Shown: positions 18,825 through 29,336, counted from the stretch's first letter. The stretch: 51,049 nucleotides of DNA from Methanobacteriota archaeon (GCA_002731195.1 PCAI01000015.1:7114-58162), one strand, 5' to 3'. Made by a program: numbers and translations. The notes: generated by a model not told the origin, from the letters alone.

Positions 18825-19553
18825 ATGCAGAGGTGTGGTGCACAAGAGGTTTCTGAAGCCTTTTCAAATAATGAGGAGATAACCTTAATACTCGTTCTTA
18901 GGGGTTCAAAAGACCCAGAAGTATTACGTCTAATCAATCTGGCGAAAAACAACTTAATCCCAATTAAAGAAGGTTCTGACAGAGATATATGGAGGATGGC
19001 TAGGGACAATAAATTTGATAGAAAACCACAAATTCTCGCTTTAGTTGGTAGGAATCCATATGCATCAATAGATGAAATACTTGAGTCAGATGGAATAATA
19101 TGGTTATTGGCAGGAGCAAAATATCCAGTCAATATAGGATTTACTATAAGAACAGCTGAAGTAAGCGGCGCAAATGCTGTATTTATTGATAGTGAACTCA
19201 ATAATAGTGACCGTAAAGGAGCTAAACGCGCATCTATGAAAGCACACCGTTTCATCCCTTTACATTGGGTCAATGGAGATTCAATAGTTGACAGGGCTAA
19301 ATCTTCTGGATATAGGATAATTTCTATAGAAGACGTAGGTTCAAAAACTCCTTGGGAAGCAGATTTGACAGGAAAAATTATGTTAATAATAGGAGGGGAG
19401 AGAGAAGGTATTTCAAAATCCATACTTGACAAATCAGACGAAATATTAAGAATTCCAATGACGGGTTTTGTACCTTCATTTAATTTACAAGCACCAATGG
19501 CAATCGTGGCGGCTGAAGCACAAAGGCAAAGACTAATCCAGAATCAATTCTGA
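18825..19553 (+). CDS. TrmH/SpoU family RNA methyltransferase
   Basis: P.NIG..IRTA, IIGGEREGIS and IPMTGFVPSFNL SPOUT motifs. Confidence 0.88.
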   Translation: MQRCGAQEVSEAFSNNEEITLILVLRGSKDPEVLRLINLAKNNLIPIKEGSDRDIWRMARDNKFDRKPQILALVGRNPYASIDEILESDGIIWLLAGAKYPVNIGFTIRTAEVSGANAVFIDSELNNSDRKGAKRASMKAHRFIPLHWVNGDSIVDRAKSSGYRIISIEDVGSKTPWEADLTGKIMLIIGGEREGISKSILDKSDEILRIPMTGFVPSFNLQAPMAIVAAEAQRQRLIQNQF

Positions 19554-19590
19554 CCCCTAATTTCATGACCCTTGACCCAATCCTAAGTAC

Positions 19591-21336
19591 ATGGAGGTGC
19601 CTGATGAACTTTTATCTATGCTCCAAGGTAATCAAGGGCCTACTAAACAAAAGGCAGCCCGACTCGTAATTGACTTAGCTTCATCTGCGAATTCTAAAAA
19701 ATTCATACGATGTGATAATTCACATGTTTCTGGAGTTAGTGTGATAACTGGTGGCCATGGTTTGAGGCGCTTCCTATCTGACTTAGCAGGAGATCCTTTA
19801 GGAAAAGTTACTATCCCGACGACTCTAAACTCTGCTGGTTGTGATTTAGAGAAGATCGAAGAAATGGATATAGATTATCCGGAATTTCTCAAGTACCAAT
19901 TCGAAATCGTTGAAGCATATTCTGAATTAGGAATAGATGCCACATTGTCATGTACTCCATATGACAAAGGAATCGACTCAGGCCATGGCATTGGTTCTTG
20001 GGCAGAGTCAAATGCCGTTTGTTTTTCCAATTCATATACATCTTTAATCACAAATCGAGAATCTGGATTATCTGCTCTCGCTACTTCTTTAACAGGATGG
20101 GCTCCTTACTGGGGGCTACATATTCCTGAAAATAGAATTCCTAACATACTAGTAAAGATTGATTGTGATATGTCCGATCCAACAGATTGGAGTGTACTTG
20201 GTGACTGGATAGGTAAACAAATTAGACCAGAGTGGAAACTCCCTTGGGGGCCCATGCCATATATTGTAGGTTTACCTACTAAAATTTCATTTGAGATGCG
20301 TAAGGCATTAACCGCTTCTGCTGCAAATTATGGCTGCCCAATGTTGTGGATTGATGGAGATTCCACACATTCTCCAAATGTAGATAAATATCAAGGAGAA
20401 ATAATATTTAGTGAAGATGATTTAGTCAATAGATACAGAGAACTTTCGCCAAAAGGACTTGTTGATTTAGTGGTTATAGGATGCCCTCAGGCGAGCATAG
20501 GTGAAGCAAGGGCCACGGCAGCAGCAGCACGCGCAAGGATGGAACTCGGTGAAAAAATTAAGAATAAGAGACTTTGGCTTTTTACTAGTGGACATAATTA
20601 TGACATTCTAGAAGCAGATGGAACTATTGATGTTCTAGAAACTGCAGGAGCATTGGTACTCAAGGACACTTGTCCCGAAGTAACTCCTTATAATAGGAAC
20701 AAATATAATCATATATTGACAAATTCTTTGAAAGCAGAACATTATTTGACAAGTGGCCTAAACCGTATGCCAACTAGCGTCTCTAAAATAATTGAGTGCG
20801 TGGCTCATGCATTTGATGATAGGCTAATAACAGGGCCTAGGCCCATTTTAGATTCTAGAAAGGCAAAGACTATGATTTCTAGGAAAACCAAACAAACCTC
20901 TGACATAAATATCGATGGAAAAGGCATTCCAAGCCAGTCAGAATGGAAAATAGTCGGCAAAGCTTTAGTGACCGATGTCCCTATAACATATCTTGGTTAT
21001 GTTAATAGAGACACAGGAGTGATAGAAGAACCAGGGCATCCTTTGGACGGATGTGAAATCAAAGATACAATTTTTATTTACCCAAAAGGCTCTGGTTCGA
21101 CAGTTGCGCCATTTATATTAATGGGCTTGATATACACTGGTCAAGGCCCTAAGGCAATAGTAAACACGGACGTATGTCCACTAACAATACCTGCCGTATC
21201 GTTGTTAAATGTGCCTTATGCACATGGTTTTGATATAGATCCAACTTTTGCTATCAACTCAGGCGATAAAGTAGAAATGTCGCTCAAAGACGGCATTGTT
21301 AATCTAAGAATAATAAATAGAAATAGCGAGGATTGA
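19591..21336 (+). CDS. Aconitase X, large catalytic domain fused to C-terminal swiveling domain (phosphomevalonate or hydroxyproline dehydratase family)
   Basis: H.SGVS, TLSCTPY, WAESNAV, GCPQ, DTC and TNS.K..HY (large domain); ITYLG.V...TG and KGSGSTV (small domain). Confidence 0.88.
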   Translation: MEVPDELLSMLQGNQGPTKQKAARLVIDLASSANSKKFIRCDNSHVSGVSVITGGHGLRRFLSDLAGDPLGKVTIPTTLNSAGCDLEKIEEMDIDYPEFLKYQFEIVEAYSELGIDATLSCTPYDKGIDSGHGIGSWAESNAVCFSNSYTSLITNRESGLSALATSLTGWAPYWGLHIPENRIPNILVKIDCDMSDPTDWSVLGDWIGKQIRPEWKLPWGPMPYIVGLPTKISFEMRKALTASAANYGCPMLWIDGDSTHSPNVDKYQGEIIFSEDDLVNRYRELSPKGLVDLVVIGCPQASIGEARATAAAARARMELGEKIKNKRLWLFTSGHNYDILEADGTIDVLETAGALVLKDTCPEVTPYNRNKYNHILTNSLKAEHYLTSGLNRMPTSVSKIIECVAHAFDDRLITGPRPILDSRKAKTMISRKTKQTSDINIDGKGIPSQSEWKIVGKALVTDVPITYLGYVNRDTGVIEEPGHPLDGCEIKDTIFIYPKGSGSTVAPFILMGLIYTGQGPKAIVNTDVCPLTIPAVSLLNVPYAHGFDIDPTFAINSGDKVEMSLKDGIVNLRIINRNSED

Positions 21337-21362
21337 TGACTCTAATCCCTCACAGCCAGCAC

Positions 21363-23489
21363 ATGAGCCCGCGCCCTATACCTCTGCCTTGTCAAAATCA
21401 TGACTTAGGTAAATTCGAAATCTTGTCCAGAGATGGTGCTGCTAGAATAGGACGTTTACATACTAATCATGGAGTGCTAAATACTCCTATGCTTCTTCCT
21501 GTAGTAAATCCAAACATCAGGACAATAGAGCCTAGAGAGATGTGGGAGGAATATGGCATAGAGGGATTAATAACCAATTCATATATAATTTGGAAGCATC
21601 AAAAACTGAAAGAAGTAGCTTTATCTGATGGTGTGCATAATCTTTTGGACTTCCCAGGAATTATAGTTACCGACTCTGGTACTTTCCAATCTTATGTGTA
21701 TGGAGATGTCGAAGTCGGAGTTAGTGAAATTGTTGAATTCCAAAGAGATATCGGTGTCGATATAGGAACTATGCTGGATGTTTTTGGCCGTCCCGATATG
21801 TCGTTTTCTGAACTAGAGTCTGCAGTCGAAGAAACTGCTAATCGTGCTTCTGAATCACTAGAAGTAGCAGGTGATAATTTATTACTAAATGGACCCATAC
21901 AAGGAGGAATAAATGACGATCTACGTGCTAGATCTGGTTATTTAATGTCTTCAATTAGAGGTAAATATCACAATTTTACTGTCCATCCCATAGGAGGCAT
22001 AGTTCCTCTAATGGAAAAACAGATGTATAGAGAACTATTTCAAATATTATTAGCTTCAAAATCTACTATACCTCCAAACCGGCCAATTCATTTATTCGGA
22101 TGTGGACATCCTCTACTTTTTCCTTTATCAATAGCCTTAGGGGTCGATATCTTTGATAGTGCAGCGTATGTTCTTTTTGCCCGTGATGATAGATTTTTTA
22201 CCCCTACGGGAACAGTAAAGCTAAAGGAAATAAGGGAATGGCCAATAAGTTCACGTGCTTTATTTGGATTATCTCCCGAAGAAGTTAGGAAAATGGATAA
22301 AAATGAAAGAACCAGCATCTTATCTAGGCATAATCTTGAGATTACTCAGGCAGAACTAGCCAAATGCAGAGAAGCGATACGTACTGGTAAAATTTGGCAA
22401 TTAGCCGAAGAGAGAAGTCACTGTTCTCCTCAACTAAGGGGAGCATTTCTCTGGGTCTTAGATCAGCTTGCATTCCCTGATGAAGGCCCAATAGGAGAGA
22501 GTATTATGAATATTATAGCATCTACTAATCCGGTCAGGAAGGGTGGCGAAAGAATGAGCCATGATATTGAATTACGTCCACACATATTACACTTACAGGC
22601 ACTTATTGCCACTAGATGGAAAATTCCAGGATCATGGTGGGATGGTTCAAAATCTACTATAAAGAATCTTATCATAATTGAAAAAACTCCTCCTCCTTGG
22701 AGGACATGTTCACTAAATGCCATAATTTCACATCTCATTGAAACTCCAAATAGTATCCCATTAATTCTTACTCCACTAGGGATTATTCCTTATTCACTTG
22801 AAGACTTATCTCCTTGGTGCCACTTGGATGGTTCTAATGATATGTGGGACATAGATTATGATGATGAAGAGATTATGGAATTTCTTTCAGACTTGAATCT
22901 TGAAAAAATACCTTTTATCAGAATTAAGCCAGAATTAAAAATACTTAAAATGTCCAAAATTGAGGAAAATGTTAGAGATTGGATGGATCGATGTTCTATT
23001 GTAGATAAATTATCAGTTCTATGTTCTATTAACCCCAATGATGGCTGTAAACTAACTACATCAATGTCTAATCGTAAATCAACAACTGATAGGATGGTCA
23101 ATGTTTATTCTGATGGTACACATATTTTATCTCCAAGATTAAATGATGGAGGTATTTCATTTACTTTAGAAGGTGTAAAAAGATTATGCGACAATAGATA
23201 TCCTATATCATTCGACACTATTGATAGTGATTCTGAATTTTCTGGTTTACCAAAGGTTTGTATCAATGATGATGCAATACCATTCGTGGGAAAAGGCAGG
23301 AATGTAATGCATGGTTATATTCTGGGCGCAGATAAACATTTGATACCAGGACAGCCTTGTTTAATTGTTAGTTCTAGTGGTGACTTAATTGCACATGGTA
23401 CGCCAATAGCAACATCAAAAGAAATGGAACTATTCCAAAAAGGAATTGCAATTAAAGTTAGAGAAGGAGTCTTAAAAGATTCTTCTTAG
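21363..23489 (+). CDS. tgtA: Archaeosine tRNA-guanine(15) transglycosylase with PUA domain
   Basis: RIGRL.T, ITNSYI, TDSGTFQ, IGGIVPLME, HLFG.GHP and D.FDSAAY motifs; C-terminal PUA (PFV..GRNV...K.A.KVREG). Confidence 0.93.
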   Translation: MSPRPIPLPCQNHDLGKFEILSRDGAARIGRLHTNHGVLNTPMLLPVVNPNIRTIEPREMWEEYGIEGLITNSYIIWKHQKLKEVALSDGVHNLLDFPGIIVTDSGTFQSYVYGDVEVGVSEIVEFQRDIGVDIGTMLDVFGRPDMSFSELESAVEETANRASESLEVAGDNLLLNGPIQGGINDDLRARSGYLMSSIRGKYHNFTVHPIGGIVPLMEKQMYRELFQILLASKSTIPPNRPIHLFGCGHPLLFPLSIALGVDIFDSAAYVLFARDDRFFTPTGTVKLKEIREWPISSRALFGLSPEEVRKMDKNERTSILSRHNLEITQAELAKCREAIRTGKIWQLAEERSHCSPQLRGAFLWVLDQLAFPDEGPIGESIMNIIASTNPVRKGGERMSHDIELRPHILHLQALIATRWKIPGSWWDGSKSTIKNLIIIEKTPPPWRTCSLNAIISHLIETPNSIPLILTPLGIIPYSLEDLSPWCHLDGSNDMWDIDYDDEEIMEFLSDLNLEKIPFIRIKPELKILKMSKIEENVRDWMDRCSIVDKLSVLCSINPNDGCKLTTSMSNRKSTTDRMVNVYSDGTHILSPRLNDGGISFTLEGVKRLCDNRYPISFDTIDSDSEFSGLPKVCINDDAIPFVGKGRNVMHGYILGADKHLIPGQPCLIVSSSGDLIAHGTPIATSKEMELFQKGIAIKVREGVLKDSS

Positions 23490-23524
23490 TAATAAACATT
23501 GGAGATTAAAGAGGGGTTACTACG

Positions 23525-24514
23525 GTGCAGAAAAATGAAGCCAATGATTGGGTAATAGAGACCAACAATCTTTGCAAAATGTATGGTCCCCATTTAGCAT
23601 TAGATAGCATCAATCTAAAGATTCAGCGTGGAGCAGTAGGAGTTCTTGGACCAAATGGTGCTGGTAAATCAACACTATTCAAGTGTATATTGGGCCTTAT
23701 CAAAACAACTTCTGGCACCGGTAAAGTTTTGGGGCATGATGTTAAAACAGAGGGTGAGTTGATACGCTCTAAAATAGGATATATGCCAGAATATGATGCT
23801 TTAGATCCTGGTTTATCGGCTATTGATCAAGTCAGATATTCCGGTGAGATACTGGGGATGAATACAGATATCGCCACACAAAGGGCTCATGAAGTGCTAG
23901 AATATGTCGGCCTTAAAGATCAGAGATATAGAAAAATAGAGACTTTTAGTACTGGAATGAAGCAGGCAACAAAATTGGCATGTGCAATAATTCACGATCC
24001 TTTGATATTAATTTGCGATGAGCCAACTAATGGTTTAGATAAACGGGCCCGAAAATTCATGCTAGACACTCTAAGGAGAACTGCTATTGAGGGGAAGCGA
24101 ACAGTCTTGATGAGCAGTCATGTCATGGAAGATGTTCAAGAAGTGTGCGAAAGCATATTGATGATTTACAAAGGTAAAGTAGTGCTACAAAAAAGTTTGG
24201 ACGAATTAGTTGATCAAGTAGATAGAGAAATAGAAATAACAATTTGGGGAGGCGCTTCTAAATTACATGAAGAATTAGAAAATAGAGGTTTTTCTGTACG
24301 TCGTTTAGGCAGGATATTAAGAGTTACATTAATCGATGAAAATACAATAACAGAGATTATTAAAACGGCTGCAGATTGTAAAGTACAAGTACGGCAATTG
24401 AAAGAATATACTCCGGACTTAGAAGATATTTTCCTTCTCATAATGGATAAGTTAGGTGCTGAAATAAAAGGAACTTCAGACTTAATGACATCTGAGCATG
24501 TTGGAGGGATTTGA
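23525..24514 (+). CDS. ABC transporter ATP-binding protein
   Basis: GPNGAGKST, FSTGMKQ, DEPT and SSH motifs. Confidence 0.93.
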   Translation: MQKNEANDWVIETNNLCKMYGPHLALDSINLKIQRGAVGVLGPNGAGKSTLFKCILGLIKTTSGTGKVLGHDVKTEGELIRSKIGYMPEYDALDPGLSAIDQVRYSGEILGMNTDIATQRAHEVLEYVGLKDQRYRKIETFSTGMKQATKLACAIIHDPLILICDEPTNGLDKRARKFMLDTLRRTAIEGKRTVLMSSHVMEDVQEVCESILMIYKGKVVLQKSLDELVDQVDREIEITIWGGASKLHEELENRGFSVRRLGRILRVTLIDENTITEIIKTAADCKVQVRQLKEYTPDLEDIFLLIMDKLGAEIKGTSDLMTSEHVGGI

Positions 24515-25529
24515 TATTTCTGATTCGGATATAGACATTGCAGGTAAGCAGACAAGGATGGAAGTCGCTTATGGTTCTGGAGATGGAGATGAGGAGTTGA
24601 CCGCGGTAGTTGCAAAAAGAGAAGCGGAATTGGGTACAATTTTTGACCAGTCATACAAACAGTGGGAAGGTATTTTGGGTCCAAGGTGGATGAGAAATTA
24701 CTCAATATATAGACATCATGTTTATGGTATCTTTACAAGTAAAGGACATAGGTACTACCATCCATTTGTAAGGCTTACAATATTAGTCATATTTCTGGCT
24801 TCTTTAGCCCCAATACCTCTATTATTCTTCTCTTCTCTTTTGCCCGGCCAAGATGGTGATTTTCTATCTAAGATGTGGGGTATAAATCGTTACAATTTAT
24901 GGGGGCAAGTTCTGGGATATTTCCCTAGAAATCTTTGCATGTGGCCTTTATTAACTGCATTAGTTGTCGGAGGCATGATTTCAGATGATAGGAAAAATGG
25001 CACTAGTGCTTTATACTTCTCTAGGCCAATTAATCGTTTTGATTATACTATTATGAAATATCTAAGTGTATTTGCAATTTTAGGTTTCGTCATTGTATTT
25101 TCTTACTTCGCTTATTATACCAGTGCAATAGTTTTCAGAGGTGAAAGTTGGGCCTACTTAGTCGATACCTTGCCCATATTCCTCAGTGGAATTATCGCTG
25201 GAATTATTTTAGTGATGACTTATACTTCACTGGGCTTGGCGCTTTCCAGCATAAGTCAAAGTAGATTCTTTGCTGCAATTGGTTTTCTGAGTATAATTTA
25301 TGGTACTAAAATCATCGCACTCCTCATAGAAATGCAATTTGATACAACAATAATGTATATTTTAAGTCCTTATGATTGCCTAGCTCATTTTGGCCAGTTT
25401 TTATTGGGATTGGATTTGAATTACGAACATCCTCTTGGCTTCTCTGTAATTTCCTTAATTTTTATGAATGTTATTTCTGTAGGGATATTGGTGTCAAGGG
25501 TTAGTTCTATGGAGGTTACCAGAGAATGA
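24498..25529 (+). CDS. ABC-2 type transporter permease
   Basis: About 6 TM helices; IS.D...G...LYFSRPI.R.DY...K motif. Confidence 0.85.
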   Translation: MLEGFDISDSDIDIAGKQTRMEVAYGSGDGDEELTAVVAKREAELGTIFDQSYKQWEGILGPRWMRNYSIYRHHVYGIFTSKGHRYYHPFVRLTILVIFLASLAPIPLLFFSSLLPGQDGDFLSKMWGINRYNLWGQVLGYFPRNLCMWPLLTALVVGGMISDDRKNGTSALYFSRPINRFDYTIMKYLSVFAILGFVIVFSYFAYYTSAIVFRGESWAYLVDTLPIFLSGIIAGIILVMTYTSLGLALSSISQSRFFAAIGFLSIIYGTKIIALLIEMQFDTTIMYILSPYDCLAHFGQFLLGLDLNYEHPLGFSVISLIFMNVISVGILVSRVSSMEVTRE

Positions 25530-26479
25530 ATGAAATAAGCAATAAATCTCCATCAGTTATGTTAGATCATGTTTCTAAGTGGTACGGAGAAGTTATTGGG
25601 TTAAATGACATTTCTCTCGCCATAGAAGGTGGAGTTACTGGAATTCTTGGTCCAAATGGTGCAGGTAAATCTACACTTTTCAAAATACTTATGGGCCGTT
25701 TGAAACCAAGTCAAGGCGCTGTTCGCTTATTTGGTATAGATCCATGGAAAAGCACCACTCCATATCGCAGGATTGGTTATGTCAGTGAATCAGAGAGAAT
25801 GTATGACTGGATGACATCTCTTGATTTTATTTCCACCTTGGCTAGGTTACATGGTATGTCTAGAGAAGAGGCAGTAGAACGCTCCAAACATGTATTAAAT
25901 TTTGTAGGTTTAGGAGATGTTTATTACAAAGAGATAGGAAAGTATAGTAAAGGTATGAGGCAACGTGTTAAAATCGCTCATGCATTAGTACATAATCCTG
26001 ATTTAATAATTCTAGATGAGCCTTTGCATGGTTGTGATCCAATCGCAAGAACAAGTATAATGAATGTAATTAGAGAATTAGGTTTACAGGGCAAAACAGT
26101 TTTAGTTTCTAGCCATATTTTAGAAGAAATTGAACGAATTACTGAGCAGATTGTAATACTCAATAATGGCAAATTATTAGCTATTGGCAATTTACATGCA
26201 ATAAGAGATTTACTTGATCAACACCCGCATCGAATTTTAATAAATTGTGAAAACCCTAGAGATTTAGCTGGTTTGTTTATCGCTTCAGAACCAGTTTATG
26301 GAGTTAGATTTCCCGACAAAGGTCAATTGGAGATTCATACAAACAATTTATCAGCGGCTCATGACGTCCTTCCTTCTTTGATTGTTAAATCAAACCAAAA
26401 AATAACTTCTATAGAGAATCCAGATGATAATCTGGATTCTTTGATTGGTTACCTAATTGGGGGAATAAATCATGGATAA
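25526..26479 (+). CDS. ABC transporter ATP-binding protein
   Basis: GPNGAGKST, YSKGMRQR, LDEP and SSH motifs; ATGA overlap with the upstream permease. Confidence 0.93.
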   Translation: MNEISNKSPSVMLDHVSKWYGEVIGLNDISLAIEGGVTGILGPNGAGKSTLFKILMGRLKPSQGAVRLFGIDPWKSTTPYRRIGYVSESERMYDWMTSLDFISTLARLHGMSREEAVERSKHVLNFVGLGDVYYKEIGKYSKGMRQRVKIAHALVHNPDLIILDEPLHGCDPIARTSIMNVIRELGLQGKTVLVSSHILEEIERITEQIVILNNGKLLAIGNLHAIRDLLDQHPHRILINCENPRDLAGLFIASEPVYGVRFPDKGQLEIHTNNLSAAHDVLPSLIVKSNQKITSIENPDDNLDSLIGYLIGGINHG

Positions 26480-28136
26480 AAAAGGATTATCTCTGAAAGA
26501 ATCTGTGTGGTCTCAACTTGATCGTAAGGCAGGCGCAATAATTGAGTTAACTATTAGGCAACTAAGGCATAGATTATCTACTTGGGTGGTTTTAGGAGTC
26601 GGTGTACTAATAATGCTTCTTTTACTTGCTTTTTATGTAGATTCAGTAAGAGACGGTTTCGAATCAATAGATAATGATGGGGACTCTGTTGATGAAGATG
26701 AAGACGGTTATCCACTTGGCCAAGAAATTAAGTACGGACATAGTGATTTCGACTCTAGCCAATATCCGGGAGTGGGAAAATATATTCCCATTGGAGAAAT
26801 CGATGATAATGATCTTTTGAGAAATACTTCAGGAAATTACTCTTGGTTTGGTCAAGGTATACTTGACCCTGTTTGGATAAATATGAATTACACAGGTAAT
26901 GAGTGGGATCCAATAATAAATTGGCAAGACGAAATAAACACTTGTCCAGAAGGCGAAGCGTTTACTGATTGGGTCCTTGTTGAATATGGTTCTGCATGTG
27001 TTTATGGTAATGGAGAATATGTATTCAAGGGCGAATTTCAAGCTTCTGGTTCCGTAGAAGTACCTATGGACTACTACCTAGCATGGGGCATTTATACTGA
27101 TTCATTCTATGTAGAGCCGGATCCTATATCGATGTATATCGATGAAGATGATATCAATTGGGATGATATTTTATTACAATCAAGTCAGGGTTTTGATGAT
27201 GATGGAGACTGTACCAGGGAAAATTGGTCTGAAGATTCTAACTGGATTTATGTAGATGATGAGGGAGAAGAATTTGATAATGATAAGAATGGTAATGGAA
27301 TTATTTGTGATGTCCAATGGATCTTAGATGGCGATGGAAATGTCATTGAAATAAATAAAGATTCTAATGTAGACGAAGATCCTATTGATGAGAAATTTAT
27401 GGGCGAATCTAGTCATAGAACCTTTATAATTGGAGTGGGAAAGATGGCTTTTGTCATATTACTTGGTTTGTTTCTTCCTCTCTTCCTATCTCTTGGATTA
27501 ATTAGAGATGAAACTGAGAATGGAACTTTACACTATTTGTTGTCAAAACCTATTCATCGAGGAGAATTCATCATCTACAGATTACTTGGATATCTCTCAG
27601 TGACTGGAACTTACATATTATTCCTATCATTATTTATGGGATTATTTTCTTCATTATTGGGTCCAGGAGAAAGCATAATTAGATTATCAGACATGCCAAT
27701 TTGGCTAGGTATCGGATTTGCCACTATTCTAGTTTTATGCGCGTATGGTGCATTATTCAATACTTTAGCACTTATCTCGCCGAAATACGGAATATATGTC
27801 TGTATTTCCATCGGCGTTTGGGAATTTGTAATGGGAATATTGACTATAGCAAATCCAAATTGGACAATATCGGCTATTTCAATAAATCATTGGGCACTTC
27901 AAATCATCGACTCGATTGTTTTAATTGCATGGCCAGATACACTTCAATTACAACAAATGTCATTGGCATTCAATTTAGAAACTGGCCTTGATATATTTTG
28001 GAAACCACCTGCACACACTCTTGGTACTTCTAATCCATTAGTATCAATTTTTATTAGTATTATTATGTTATCTTTATTTACCGTTTCTATGTTAGGAATA
28101 GGTCAGTCAATATTCAAAAATAGAGAAATCATGTGA
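26472..28136 (+). CDS. ABC-2 type permease with large acidic extracytoplasmic insertion
   Basis: TM1, then about 260 aa rich in D/E with DxDxDG-like motifs, then IRDE.ENGTL.YLLSKPI.R and further TM helices. Confidence 0.82.
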   Translation: MDKKGLSLKESVWSQLDRKAGAIIELTIRQLRHRLSTWVVLGVGVLIMLLLLAFYVDSVRDGFESIDNDGDSVDEDEDGYPLGQEIKYGHSDFDSSQYPGVGKYIPIGEIDDNDLLRNTSGNYSWFGQGILDPVWINMNYTGNEWDPIINWQDEINTCPEGEAFTDWVLVEYGSACVYGNGEYVFKGEFQASGSVEVPMDYYLAWGIYTDSFYVEPDPISMYIDEDDINWDDILLQSSQGFDDDGDCTRENWSEDSNWIYVDDEGEEFDNDKNGNGIICDVQWILDGDGNVIEINKDSNVDEDPIDEKFMGESSHRTFIIGVGKMAFVILLGLFLPLFLSLGLIRDETENGTLHYLLSKPIHRGEFIIYRLLGYLSVTGTYILFLSLFMGLFSSLLGPGESIIRLSDMPIWLGIGFATILVLCAYGALFNTLALISPKYGIYVCISIGVWEFVMGILTIANPNWTISAISINHWALQIIDSIVLIAWPDTLQLQQMSLAFNLETGLDIFWKPPAHTLGTSNPLVSIFISIIMLSLFTVSMLGIGQSIFKNREIM

Positions 28137-28145
28137 GGCCTAGAA

Positions 28146-29336
28146 ATGATTAACGGAATGGAAAAATTTGAGGGAGACTTCACTTCTTTATGGAGACTCG
28201 ATGTTTTGCCACCAATACCGCGACTCTCATGGTGGTGGTGGTGGGTGATAATATACGTTCCAGACATAACCAATCCTGGACGTTCTAAGCAACTTATGAC
28301 GCTATGGTCCACCAAGGAAACGCCAGCAATTAGAATGACAGGGCATTGGTGGATGCCGGGTTCTAGAATGCATATAGACAAAGAAGGTGGCCTAGTTTTC
28401 CCTGGCATGGTTTGTTCTTGGTGGTTTGATGGTGAGAAAATGTTTGAACCATTGGTAATGAAAGAATGTAGGATGGCAGCAATTAATGATCAACATTCAT
28501 TATGGCCAAGAAATGGTTCAGGAGAAGGAGCAGGTGCAGTAATCCCATTACTCCAAGAAGACATGTCGTTTGGAATGAATCCTGGAAATAACAAATTTTG
28601 GATGAATCTTGTTTCTGATAAAGAAGCTGTTAAACGCGGTGCTCCTTCAAATTTCAAGGCAGAACTTACTCCTTGGTCCGGGCCACCAAGCACTCTTACT
28701 TACAAAAATAATGTCATGGCAATGAATATGGGTTATGATATCTTGAGGCTTCAAGGAACTAAATGTAAACTAAATGTCGACGGAGAAGAAATGCAAGGAA
28801 CTGCGTATTTCCAGAAAGTTTCGGTTCAAGCCCCCACTGTCCCATGGTTTTGGGGTATGTTGCATTTCGATGATGGATCTTACCTAGATTGGTTTTTACC
28901 TCATGTTTCCTTTTCTACTTCATCTTTAGATTCATCTCCTTGGAGATTGAGGGATGCATTTCGTACTCCCTCTAATGGCACTGGTATTTTCCATGATGCC
29001 AAAAGGAAAAGGTCTGAAAAATTTGTTCGTTGTGAAGTCGAATTATCAAAATCAAATACCAATTTGAAAGATAATGATGGAAATCTTTTACCAAGATTCA
29101 AAATCAGACTTTGGAATGGGCGAACTCAAATATCGATTGAAGTAAAGGCCGTTAGTAGGGCCAAATGGGTTTTTGATCAACCTACTAGGGCAGGAATGGT
29201 CAGCCATCTTACATACAACGAATATCCTCTAGAAGTCGAAAGAATAGCCATTTTAGATGAAAATGGCCTACGTTCTATTAATGATTATTCATGGATTCAT
29301 GGAAATGCAGAGCATACTTGGGGGTTTTTACATTAA
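28146..29336 (+). CDS. Hypothetical Trp-rich protein (possible tocopherol-cyclase/CrtC-like beta-barrel)
   Basis: 396-aa ORF with WWWWW, G.AYFQK....PWFWG and C-terminal GNAEHTWG; the fold assignment is only a suggestion. Confidence 0.6.
   Translation: MINGMEKFEGDFTSLWRLDVLPPIPRLSWWWWWVIIYVPDITNPGRSKQLMTLWSTKETPAIRMTGHWWMPGSRMHIDKEGGLVFPGMVCSWWFDGEKMFEPLVMKECRMAAINDQHSLWPRNGSGEGAGAVIPLLQEDMSFGMNPGNNKFWMNLVSDKEAVKRGAPSNFKAELTPWSGPPSTLTYKNNVMAMNMGYDILRLQGTKCKLNVDGEEMQGTAYFQKVSVQAPTVPWFWGMLHFDDGSYLDWFLPHVSFSTSSLDSSPWRLRDAFRTPSNGTGIFHDAKRKRSEKFVRCEVELSKSNTNLKDNDGNLLPRFKIRLWNGRTQISIEVKAVSRAKWVFDQPTRAGMVSHLTYNEYPLEVERIAILDENGLRSINDYSWIHGNAEHTWGFLH

Noticed and set aside
18803..19432. 209-aa antisense ORF over the TrmH gene
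   Set aside because: Ser/Ile/Leu-rich shadow of a well-conserved sense gene, with no recognisable motifs
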